From an uncultured Candidatus Saccharibacteria bacterium (lineage in GTDB: Bacteria; Patescibacteriota; Minisyncoccia; Minisyncoccales; JAGGXC01), in the NCBI GenBank assembly GCA_964445905.1, contig CAYUNN010000010.1:1-58586 (forward strand): a stretch of 58,586 nt of DNA, written 5' to 3'. Shown here in pieces: positions 1 to 8,066 of this stretch. Made by a program: the position numbers and the translations under genes. The notes beneath the pieces were generated by a model. It saw nothing but the letters and a program-made list of their open reading frames with translations, ran no database searches and was not told where the DNA came from. Numbering within the stretch: position 1 is the first letter of the stretch; each line of letters opens with the position of its first letter.

Positions 1-236
1 AATTTAATCCCTAATTTTTCAGCAACCTAATGAAGTCATTTTTCATTACAATCAATTTTATGAGAAAGCGCAACTATTTCCTGAAAATAAGTATCTGCTT
101 TTTTATCATAAAAATCAATTGAAGTCTGGGGATTGGAAAAATCGTCTTTGTTAGTAAGATTTGATATTGATTCTTTTAAATCATCTTTCGTAGCAAAAAC
201 TTTTATTAATTTTTGTAAATCTTCACTAGTTAACAT
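1..236 (-). pseudogene. Decayed small coiled-coil hypothetical protein (CPR-type 'ATKDDL...AEKLGIKL'); runs off the window edge
   Basis: The ORF 36..236 stops at TGA, but the same frame continues CTT CAT TAG GTT GCT GAA AAA TTA GGG ATT AAA (*LH*VAEKLGIK). That is two in-frame stops inside a protein-like C-terminus. Confidence 0.6.
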
Positions 237-452
237 GTTTATACTCTTATTGAATATTTATATTTTTACTACAATAAGCAAAACGAAATTTAAAAACTTA
301 ACTTATAAAAGAGTGTGTCAAATTGATTAAATCAGGTTTGGAGTTTTTTAGACAAATAGCCATTATTACTCCTTGCTGCCCCGAACAACAAATAATATCT
401 AAATTTATTTAATTTAAAATAACTGGCTCTCTAGTTAAAAATAATTTTTCAA

Positions 453-1151
453 TTACATTTTTTCATTTTCTAACATTAATTTAAGCAAAAATACCGTATC
501 TTGCTTAAGATCAGACTTAACCCAAGCCTTTTGTTTTTCATCTTTTATCTCGCCCAAACCAGATAGAATACCACGATTAGGCATATTTTCCATAAATTCA
601 ATGCATTTTTCAAGATAATCGGAGAATTTCATCTCCGTTCTCTTCTCCACAATTTCCCTGTTTATCTCCCAGTTGTTTTTTAAGAAAAAATGAATATCAA
701 AAATATCGCGATTAGCAGTTTTACCACGCTCGGTCATAGCCACCAATTTATGAGCAAACATATCTTTGCGCTTCATAACAAGCATTGAGATGCCAAGATA
801 ATTTTTAACCTCGTATTGTGAACCAAAAATCCTCTTGCTAATTTCAACTTTTATATTTTGATCTTCTTCTCTGTAAGAAAGATGAATAAACAAAGTGTGC
901 ATTTTATCTCTTTTATCTTTTATTGTTCCGTATTTATCAACAATATTTTTTACCTTATCAAAAACTTCCTGTTCTTTATTCTCGTCAAGCAAATCAAAAT
1001 CAAGATCAACGGAAAAGCGATCTAAATTATAAAAAAGATATGCGGCTGTGCCACCCTTAAAACCCAAAAGGGGCCCAAGCGAATTATCAGTATAAATATC
1101 TTTTAAAATTCTAATTAAAATATTTTTATGGGCAGCTATATTTAATGTCAT
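453..1151 (-). CDS. AbiEii/AbiGii-family nucleotidyltransferase toxin (type IV TA)
   Basis: Motifs GFKGGTA, RFSVDLDF, HKLVA and RDIFD; ATGA overlap with the upstream antitoxin gene. Confidence 0.9.
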   Translation of the reverse strand: MTLNIAAHKNILIRILKDIYTDNSLGPLLGFKGGTAAYLFYNLDRFSVDLDFDLLDENKEQEVFDKVKNIVDKYGTIKDKRDKMHTLFIHLSYREEDQNIKVEISKRIFGSQYEVKNYLGISMLVMKRKDMFAHKLVAMTERGKTANRDIFDIHFFLKNNWEINREIVEKRTEMKFSDYLEKCIEFMENMPNRGILSGLGEIKDEKQKAWVKSDLKQDTVFLLKLMLENEKM

Positions 1152-1717
1152 ATAGTTTTTTGATAGTTTTTAACTTCTTTTTCCATTCTTTTATTTGAAT
1201 AAATAGGTAAAATCCCCATTATTTTATTCCAATCAAGAGCAGATAAATTATCAAAGTAATAATTTTTGTTTAGATAAACTACGTCCAAGAAAGCTCTCTC
1301 GGGGATAGCAACGAAATAATTATTCTTATCTTCTATACCGGCATTATCAGTCAAAATCGATTCTTTGATTTTCTTATAAGAATAAACTTGTCCATCAACG
1401 GTTATTTCTCTGGTCAGGTATGAGGCAACAAAAATTTGGCCATAGCTTTGAAAAACAACACCAGCTCTACCCAAAACAGTTTCAAAACTGATATATGATG
1501 GAGTGTAAATTTTTGCAGCTAATTCGTTTTTATCATAATTTTTATCTTTTGCATAAAGCCCCTTTCTTATTGGATAAAGCTCACCCCTCTTAACATAATA
1601 ATTTAATCTTCTATTCAACAATATTGAATTTTTATCCTGAGAAGCTAAAAGAATATCTTTAAAAGAAAAGACAGTTTTATTAGAACGCAATATGTTTAAA
1701 ATATCAGTTTTTTCCAT
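1148..1717 (-). CDS. AbiEi-family antitoxin / transcriptional regulator
   Basis: N-terminal wHTH-like 'IRKGLY', plus 'PSYISFETVL' and 'PERAFLDVVY' motifs; coupled to the AbiEii gene. Confidence 0.88.
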   Translation of the reverse strand: MEKTDILNILRSNKTVFSFKDILLASQDKNSILLNRRLNYYVKRGELYPIRKGLYAKDKNYDKNELAAKIYTPSYISFETVLGRAGVVFQSYGQIFVASYLTREITVDGQVYSYKKIKESILTDNAGIEDKNNYFVAIPERAFLDVVYLNKNYYFDNLSALDWNKIMGILPIYSNKRMEKEVKNYQKTI

Positions 1718-1733
1718 AATTTTAATTATTTAT

Positions 1734-1792
1734 AGTCTAAATATTACACTAAGTGTTATATTTAGTTTAAATTATAACAAAAACTGTGTCAA
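1734..1792 (-). promoter_or_regulatory. AbiE promoter (TTGACA-17-TAAACT) overlapping a 17-bp-arm inverted repeat (putative operator)
   Basis: -35 at 1792..1787 and -10 at 1769..1764; inverted repeat AGTCTAAATATTACACT-A-AGTGTTATATTTAGTTT at 1734..1768 (14/17 complementary). Confidence 0.7.
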
Positions 1793-1922
1793 ATTAAAAA
1801 GACGCTAAGAACATTATTCCAATATGTTTCTTTAAGCTACTTAAATCAAAAAACCGCTTTTTCAAGCGGGAATAACAGCCGATAAATTTCTCAAAAAAAA
1901 AGAAACTTTTAAGACATTTTCA

Positions 1923-3095
1923 CTAAAACTTGTCCAAAAAGTAGTCTCTTCGTTTAAAAAAATCTTTTGCCTGGGCAATTACTCTTTTCTCGGCCTCATC
2001 GGGAAGCAAGTCGGCCACTTCTCTAAAATAGGAAGCTACTCTTCCAAAATAAAGGCATCTTAATGCTTCAACAAGTTTGGCATTCTTTTCCGGGTCATAG
2101 CAATAAAGAAAATCATACATTATTTCTATCCACATCTTGGAATTAATGTAGGGTCTTCCTTTTTTCTCCATTTGCTCCAATTTTTTAAAATTACCAGGAG
2201 AAAGGCACTTCTTAAACCAATCTTTATTCAAATCAAATTCATCTATGAACAAGCGATCAAAATGAGAATAATCAGGAATAAGATTTCTCAGCCAAAGAGC
2301 TTTTTTGCTATTCAAAATAGGTGTTTCCTTAATTTCTCTTACTTCTCTAATTCGATCTAGATTATCTTTTAATCCTTCAAATAAAGTCTCTACTACTTGA
2401 ATAAACATAGGACCCAGATTGGGAGTACTGCTTTTATGAACTTTCTTGCCAAGATTAATCTGGCCTATTTTTTCTCCTGATAAAATAGCATTTAAACTCA
2501 TAAAAACATCTATTCCAAACTGATAAGTGTTTTCAGCCCATTTCTTTTCTAGCCAAATATCAACCATTCTTCCTGAAAAAGAAAATTCGCCTCCAATTGG
2601 CTGGCGAATATCTGACCCTAAAAGTCCGTAAAATAAAGGAAAAACAATATTATTTGTTATCGTAGCATCATCCTTTTTCCGACTATAGAAAGGAGCGATA
2701 TAGCCGTATCCGGACTGAATCGGTTCTATCATCTTCTTAACCCAGGTTGGCCTTATGTTTCTTAAATCAGCATCCACTACTAACCCTGCTTTCCCTTCTA
2801 GCTCTCTGAATAGAGAAAAAAGGTTATAAAAATTCAACCCTTTGCCCTTTTCCCCCGGCGACGAACTTGCATAAATCAAGGGAATTTTTGATTTAGTCTT
2901 GAGAAAAGCCTCTCTGGTCCCGTCAGGAGAATAATTGTCAACATTGATTATTACACTTTTTTTATCAGGAAAATACTTGGTCAACCCTTCAGAGACCTGC
3001 TCCGTCACAGATCCTATTGTTCTAACTTCATTATAAGAAGGAACGCCTACTATTATTTCTGCTTTTTTAACTCCTTTAGGATTAAAAACCTCCAT
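1923..3095 (-). CDS. GT-A fold glycosyltransferase, glucosylglycerate/mannosylglycerate synthase-like
   Basis: VGVPSYNE, VDNYSPDGT, GKG, DADL (DxD), IRQPIGGEF, FGIDVF and LYFGRVAS motifs. Confidence 0.8.
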   Translation of the reverse strand: MEVFNPKGVKKAEIIVGVPSYNEVRTIGSVTEQVSEGLTKYFPDKKSVIINVDNYSPDGTREAFLKTKSKIPLIYASSSPGEKGKGLNFYNLFSLFRELEGKAGLVVDADLRNIRPTWVKKMIEPIQSGYGYIAPFYSRKKDDATITNNIVFPLFYGLLGSDIRQPIGGEFSFSGRMVDIWLEKKWAENTYQFGIDVFMSLNAILSGEKIGQINLGKKVHKSSTPNLGPMFIQVVETLFEGLKDNLDRIREVREIKETPILNSKKALWLRNLIPDYSHFDRLFIDEFDLNKDWFKKCLSPGNFKKLEQMEKKGRPYINSKMWIEIMYDFLYCYDPEKNAKLVEALRCLYFGRVASYFREVADLLPDEAEKRVIAQAKDFFKRRDYFLDKF

Positions 3096-3099
3096 AAAA

Positions 3100-3342
3100 T
3101 TACATTCTCATCATTTTTTCAGCTAATAATCTCTGCATTTTTTTAATCGCATCATTAAAGCAATCTTTTAAAACACTTTCTTGTTTTTCTTTTTCTAAAT
3201 CATTATTTAAACTTATCTCCTCTACTTCCATGTTACCGTTAACGATTACCTTGACCCCTTCCTTTTCAGACTCAAACATTTCTTTTTCCAAAGATTTCTT
3301 TAATTCTCTAATTTGCTTCATCTTTTTTAAATCATCAAACAT
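3100..3342 (-). CDS. ybaB: YbaB/EbfC nucleoid-associated protein
   Basis: GVKVIVNGNMEVEEISL...DCFNDAIKK pattern. Confidence 0.85.
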   Translation of the reverse strand: MFDDLKKMKQIRELKKSLEKEMFESEKEGVKVIVNGNMEVEEISLNNDLEKEKQESVLKDCFNDAIKKMQRLLAEKMMRM

Positions 3343-3506
3343 GTTTTTTTATTTTATTTTTTTTAATTAATAAACATAAGGATTGCTCCTTATGCAATTT
3401 CAATTACCCATTCTACTATCTAAGTTATTATTTACAAGTTATTTTTTTAATTATCTTTTTCGCAAAAATTAATCAGGGATCAAGGGACGTAAGTTATCCA
3501 CAACTC

Positions 3507-3833
3507 CTAATTTGCTTTTTCTTTTTCTTCCTGTGGAAAAGAAAAAAGATCAGGCTTCTTAATAATGATCTTGTAAATATTCTCTATAAAGTCACCGCCG
3601 GCATAACCGATAATAAAAGACAGAGCCGGGCTAAAAGATCCCAAAAAAGTAAAACCTAATTCCTTAATGCTTATAGCAGCCAATAAACCAATGATTCCAG
3701 AAAGAATCATCATGCTTAGAAAGTAAGACAACTTAAACTCTACATTTTTATAGGAAAACTGATGCTTAATAAATCCTACAAGGCCTCTTACTGCTCCCCC
3801 GCCAAAACCAGCCATTAAAATAATCAAATACAT
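3507..3833 (-). CDS. Small membrane protein (about 3 TM helices), function unknown
   Basis: Gly-rich hydrophobic segments (GFGGGAVRGLVG, IIGYAGGDFIE). Confidence 0.75.
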   Translation of the reverse strand: MYLIILMAGFGGGAVRGLVGFIKHQFSYKNVEFKLSYFLSMMILSGIIGLLAAISIKELGFTFLGSFSPALSFIIGYAGGDFIENIYKIIIKKPDLFSFPQEEKEKAN

Positions 3834-3839
3834 AATTCT

Positions 3840-5831
3840 TTAAAATAAGATTTCTAAACTATTAATTTCTTCCCAATTATATTCATCGAGAACAATGATC
3901 TTATCGGTCCCTATCACGTAAAGATAATCATTTATATAGATGGCTCTCGTTGCCATAATATCACTTACTGCTCTCTCCAGTCTAAGGAAGCCTTTATCAT
4001 AAGAAAAGATATATCCCCCTTTATTCCCGGGCAAGAAGAAAACTTCATGCTCTCTGTCTAATAAAAACGCATGATGATTATTCAACACATCAGACCAATA
4101 TTCATTCAAAAAATACTTGTCAATTTCTCTTGGATCTTTAGGCGAACTCACATCAAATAGAGATAATTTAACTTGTCCTCCTTCTTTCCCTATTCCCAAA
4201 ATCTTATCTTTTGTTATCGGATGAAGATAAGAAGAATAACCGGGAATTTTCAGCTCTCCCTCCATTTTAGGATTTCTAGGATTAGATAAGTCTAAAACAT
4301 AAAACGGATCAATCTCCCTAAACGTAACCACATATCCCTTGTCCTGAACAAATCTAACAGAATATATTCTTTCTGTTAAGCCAAGATCTTTTACCGAACC
4401 AGTAATATTCAAACTTTTATCAAGAATATAAACATCATTAGCAGAATCGCCCAGCCTGCCAATCATTGACCAGCCATCACCCACAGTAACAGCTACTCTC
4501 AGACTGTTTTCATATTCATCCAGAGAAAATTGATTAAGAAGCTTGCCCGGTACATTACCTGCAGCCACCAAGTCAAAACTATCCAAGTCTATTTTAACTA
4601 TTCCTGTTTTTTCCAGCTCTCTCTTGTTCTCTTTATGATAGTCAACCATCCGATTGTTAATTTCATTCTCAACCCTTAATTTTTTGTCTCCATCTAAAGA
4701 ATTCAAATAATTATTAAAAATAATTCCAAATTCCGTCATTTTCGCTGCGCTGCTAATATCATATTCGCTTAATTTATCTATTCTTTCAATTATCCTGCTT
4801 GGAATTATATCTTGGCATTCTTCCTTGAAAAAACGGGACATAAAACTAATAAAATCTCCGTAGTAGTAATAAGTCAAGTAAATACCTTCGTTTGACATGT
4901 AGACCAATGATTTATCAGAAGAACCAACAAAAGAAAGGTTTTTTTCAATTTCTCCCGTAGCTGGATCAAGAATAAAAGCATTATATGTTACATCAACCGG
5001 AAATGGGTTAACTGGATAATAAACGTCACTACATTTGACTTCAAACGAAACGCCCTCCATTATTAATGGTCTGATCGGACAAGGCTGATAAATATCAATA
5101 TTTGTTTGAGTAATTAAATAAATCTTACCCTTATAAAGCCTTGCTCCCGTTAAAGATGTTCTTGGCTCTAATCCTACTTCCCATTCTTTCTTGGGGGATT
5201 CAGGGTCAGAGACATCATAACCAAAAACATTTTTACCTGAAAAAATCACCAGGCTTTTGTCAGCTAAGAGAAGTTCTCCTCTTTCATTGATTTCAGAATC
5301 AAGATTTAAATCTTCGGGAGGAAAAGCCTTAACAAGATTAATCTTCCCTAGTGAAGGGACAGGTATTCTTTCTAAAATGGGGTAATAATTTCTTGCCGAA
5401 GAAAAATAAATTTCCTTTCCATCTGTTTTAACTATATCTGGTTCGTCTATTCCCTCAACTTGAACATTGGTTTCAGAAACTCTAGTTATCCCAGATTCTT
5501 CCGATGACTTAACAGAACCCGGTAAGGCCAAAGGCATCTCCCCTACGCTCTCGTCTAAAACATCCATTCTAGCTGGAAATCCAGCGCTGTAAGCAAGGTT
5601 TTCGTTTAGATTAGCTTCTTGGAGCCAAGCCTTAAAATCATCCTGAGAAGAAAATTTATTAATTCCCTCTACTTTTTCAGTAACAGAAGAACGTCCGGTT
5701 GTTCTTCTTATTGTTTCAGTAAAAGTTTGAAAATTTAACTTTTCAAATTCAATAAAAATGGAAACGATGATAGCTAGTGATAAAAAAATTAAAATCACTA
5801 TTGCTATTACACTGTCTATATTTCTTTTCAT
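3840..5831 (-). CDS. Membrane-anchored beta-propeller domain protein (Beta_propel-type)
   Basis: N-terminal TM helix; SETNVQVEGIDEPDIVKTDG, LLNQFSLDEY, ERIYSVRF and GELKIPGYSSYLHP signatures. Confidence 0.88.
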   Translation of the reverse strand: MKRNIDSVIAIVILIFLSLAIIVSIFIEFEKLNFQTFTETIRRTTGRSSVTEKVEGINKFSSQDDFKAWLQEANLNENLAYSAGFPARMDVLDESVGEMPLALPGSVKSSEESGITRVSETNVQVEGIDEPDIVKTDGKEIYFSSARNYYPILERIPVPSLGKINLVKAFPPEDLNLDSEINERGELLLADKSLVIFSGKNVFGYDVSDPESPKKEWEVGLEPRTSLTGARLYKGKIYLITQTNIDIYQPCPIRPLIMEGVSFEVKCSDVYYPVNPFPVDVTYNAFILDPATGEIEKNLSFVGSSDKSLVYMSNEGIYLTYYYYGDFISFMSRFFKEECQDIIPSRIIERIDKLSEYDISSAAKMTEFGIIFNNYLNSLDGDKKLRVENEINNRMVDYHKENKRELEKTGIVKIDLDSFDLVAAGNVPGKLLNQFSLDEYENSLRVAVTVGDGWSMIGRLGDSANDVYILDKSLNITGSVKDLGLTERIYSVRFVQDKGYVVTFREIDPFYVLDLSNPRNPKMEGELKIPGYSSYLHPITKDKILGIGKEGGQVKLSLFDVSSPKDPREIDKYFLNEYWSDVLNNHHAFLLDREHEVFFLPGNKGGYIFSYDKGFLRLERAVSDIMATRAIYINDYLYVIGTDKIIVLDEYNWEEINSLEILF

Positions 5832-5833
5832 AT

Positions 5834-6043
5834 TTATTTAATTAAACAATTAATTTTTTGTTCTTTAATAAAATTTTAAATTGACTGGTCATAACTTTTT
5901 TCTCCTCTTTCAGAAAAATAACAACTAGGCAACTCTCTTTTTTCTTGATGATACTTTATGCCTTGACAACAAATTCCCTTTCTTAAACGATCAGGCCATG
6001 TGCAAGGACAATCTTTTAAATTTTCCTCTTCCTTGCACTTCAT
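5834..6043 (-). pseudogene. Cys-rich small protein (DUF6485-like) with a premature stop; not in the ORF track
   Basis: MKCKEEENLKDCPCTWPDRLRKGICCQGIKYHQEKRELPSCYFSERGEKSYDQSI*(TAA 5878..5876)NFIKEQKINCLIK*. The second stop ends at 5834, 2 nt before the next ATG. Confidence 0.65.
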
Positions 6044-6122
6044 AAAATATTTTTTATTTACATTTTTATTTTATCATAAATGACAGTAAAAAAGAAAAAA
6101 AGTTATCCGAAGGCCAGGGGGC

Positions 6123-6150
6123 TTGACAGAGTTTTTAAGAAAAATATAAT
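6123..6150 (+). promoter_or_regulatory. Consensus sigma70 promoter TTGACA-16-TATAAT
   Basis: TTGACA at 6123..6128 and TATAAT at 6145..6150. Confidence 0.85.
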
Positions 6151-6203
6151 TCTGTTAAAGGTCGATAAATTAGAAAATACCTTTTCTTAAAAGAAATAAA
6201 AAC

Positions 6204-6356
6204 ATGGAAAGAGAATTATATAATTTCTTTTCTTTTGACGAGGAAGATATGGAAGAAGATTTTGACGAAGACACGGAAGAAGATTTCAGTTGTGAAGATG
6301 AAGATGAAGACGAAGACGAAGAAGAAGATGACGATGATTTTGACGAAGAAGAATAA
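6204..6356 (+). CDS. 50-aa extremely acidic microprotein (not in the ORF track)
   Basis: MERELYNFFSFDEEDMEEDFDEDTEEDFSCEDEDEDEDEEEDDDDFDEEE*; lies between a consensus promoter and a terminator. Confidence 0.75.
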   Translation: MERELYNFFSFDEEDMEEDFDEDTEEDFSCEDEDEDEDEEEDDDDFDEEE

Positions 6357-6393
6357 ATCATCTATTTGAATTAGCAAATAAAATCTTGAATTT

Positions 6394-6421
6394 AAAAACC
6401 CTGTTATGAGCAGGGTTTTTT
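6394..6421. terminator. Bidirectional intrinsic terminator
   Basis: AAAAACCCTG-TTATGAG-CAGGGTTTTTT between convergent genes. Confidence 0.85.
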
Positions 6422-6454
6422 ATAATGAATTTCGCTATTATTATTGCTTCATCT

Positions 6455-7282
6455 TTAATGAAGCAATATCTCTGCTTCACCTCTCAAGCTTTTCATTTTC
6501 TTTTGAGAAATTATTGTTTTTTTAGAAAAACTTCTAATGTCTATTTCTAATAAATTCCTTGCAAGCATCATTCTCTTTTTGGCAAAGACATTAGCAATAT
6601 CGTCCCCAAGAGAGGGAAGAATGGTAATAGGATAAAGTTTTTCTTCTTCAATTAATGACTCCAGTCCTCTTTTTTTAGGATAACGCCAACCAAGAAGATC
6701 TACTCCCACGCAATTAGAATACTTTATTGCCTTTTCTGTAAATTTAGCATTGGTAATCAATATGCTTTCAACCGAATCATTCTTAAAAAAACCTCCCCTC
6801 TTAATATCTAAAAAGCGAGCATAATTTATAAGAGCCTCGTTTGAATCAACCTTTCCTCCGGGAATATTTCTATACTTACATTCTCCGATAAGAACGCTAT
6901 TTTCTTTTCTGGCTAAAAAATCTACCTCGTAGTTACAGCAATAACCGGGAATTCTTTGATTGAGCTCTATTTTAAATCCTCTTGAAGAAAATATTTCTGC
7001 CACATATTTCTCAAAAGGAAATCCGGTAGGCCCAAGTTTCTTCATCGCTTCTTTTAAAGAAAAACGAAAAGCTGGTTTTAATTCTTCCTTAGACAACAAT
7101 TCCTTTACTCGCTTGTAAATATCGGCTGTTTTAATACCAGGCTTTGCTTCTTTTTTGATCGTCTCGGCAATTTTTTGAGCCAAATTTTCAGACGCTCCCA
7201 CTCTAATTGACGATTCATAAACTTTTTTAAAAGAGAAAGGTTCTTTCTCGCCCTTAAGATTTACCACGTACAAAGAATTCAT
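6455..7282 (-). CDS. ATP-cone domain fused to an Mrr-like PD-(D/E)xK restriction endonuclease domain
   Basis: N-terminal VVNLKGEKEPFSFKKV (ATP cone); GFPFEKYVA, YEVDFLA...GECK and ITNAKFT (Mrr-type nuclease). Confidence 0.85.
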   Translation of the reverse strand: MNSLYVVNLKGEKEPFSFKKVYESSIRVGASENLAQKIAETIKKEAKPGIKTADIYKRVKELLSKEELKPAFRFSLKEAMKKLGPTGFPFEKYVAEIFSSRGFKIELNQRIPGYCCNYEVDFLARKENSVLIGECKYRNIPGGKVDSNEALINYARFLDIKRGGFFKNDSVESILITNAKFTEKAIKYSNCVGVDLLGWRYPKKRGLESLIEEEKLYPITILPSLGDDIANVFAKKRMMLARNLLEIDIRSFSKKTIISQKKMKSLRGEAEILLH

Positions 7283-7503
7283 AAATCAATTATTTCATAA
7301 ATTTTATTCCTCTTTTTAAAACCTTTGATTAACCTTATTCTACTTCTGGAAAGATTAAAATAGTCAGCCAAGACAATAAAAATTTCTTTGTTGGCTCTAC
7401 CCTTTTCTGGTTTTTCTTTAATTGTTATCAGAAACTCGTTCTCTTTTTTCTTAATAATTTCTGTTTTTTTAGAACCGGGGATTACTTTCACTTTAATCAA
7501 CAT
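7279..7503 (-). CDS. DUF167/YggU family protein
   Basis: KVKVIPGSKK, PEKGRANKE and IKGFKKRNK motifs. Confidence 0.88.
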   Translation of the reverse strand: MLIKVKVIPGSKKTEIIKKKENEFLITIKEKPEKGRANKEIFIVLADYFNLSRSRIRLIKGFKKRNKIYEIIDL

Positions 7504-7506
7504 AAA

Positions 7507-8061
7507 TTAAAGATCCAGATTGTCAGAAATGCCTTGCATTGCTTCAAGAGCAATTTTAGCAAATCCTTCTAACCTTAAACCTAAATAATCTTCGCATTTT
7601 GCAATAACTTCCCTGTTAGCTCCCTTAGCAAAAGCTCCTTCCCTATACCTTTTAAGAACTGAATCAACCTTAAGATCAGACAGTTTTTTTGAGGGTAAAA
7701 CAAGAGCAGCTGCCACAATCAAGCCCGTTATGGGGTCGGTAACGAATAAGGCTTTCTCTAATAATGTTTGAGGCTCTATTCCATGCTGATAATTATGAAT
7801 TTTTACTGCAGAAATAATATCTTTATCTATCCCCAGGTCTTCTAACATATCTACTGCAACATAAGAGTGCATATCGGGATCCCTTTTTGTCATTTCGCAA
7901 TCAATGTCATGAAGAAGACCGGTAAGAGCCCATTTCTCTTCATCTTTATCAAAATGGCGAGCAAGAACTCTCATCACTGCCTCAACAGCCAAGCAGTGCT
8001 TTATCAAATTACGGCTAAAAATATTTTGTTTAACTAATGCTAGGGCCTCTTCTCTTTTCAT
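7507..8061 (-). CDS. HDIG/HD-domain phosphohydrolase
   Basis: KHCLAVEAVM, GLLHDID, H...HN and DPITGLI motifs. Confidence 0.88.
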   Translation of the reverse strand: MKREEALALVKQNIFSRNLIKHCLAVEAVMRVLARHFDKDEEKWALTGLLHDIDCEMTKRDPDMHSYVAVDMLEDLGIDKDIISAVKIHNYQHGIEPQTLLEKALFVTDPITGLIVAAALVLPSKKLSDLKVDSVLKRYREGAFAKGANREVIAKCEDYLGLRLEGFAKIALEAMQGISDNLDL

Positions 8062-8066
8062 AATTA

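Noticed and set aside
3494-3502. Replication origin at the DnaA box
   Set aside because: I see only one perfect box, with no cluster and no dnaA/dnaN nearby.
1-6043. Stop-codon reassignment suggested by in-frame TGA, TAG and TAA in two small genes
   Set aside because: Three different stop codons are involved, and all three terminate intact conserved genes elsewhere (e.g. pth TGA, topA TAG, glmS TAA). Decay is the simpler explanation.
6170-6361. Poly-serine ORF on the minus strand
   Set aside because: It is the antisense shadow of the GAA/GAT-rich acidic ORF. The promoter supports the plus strand.
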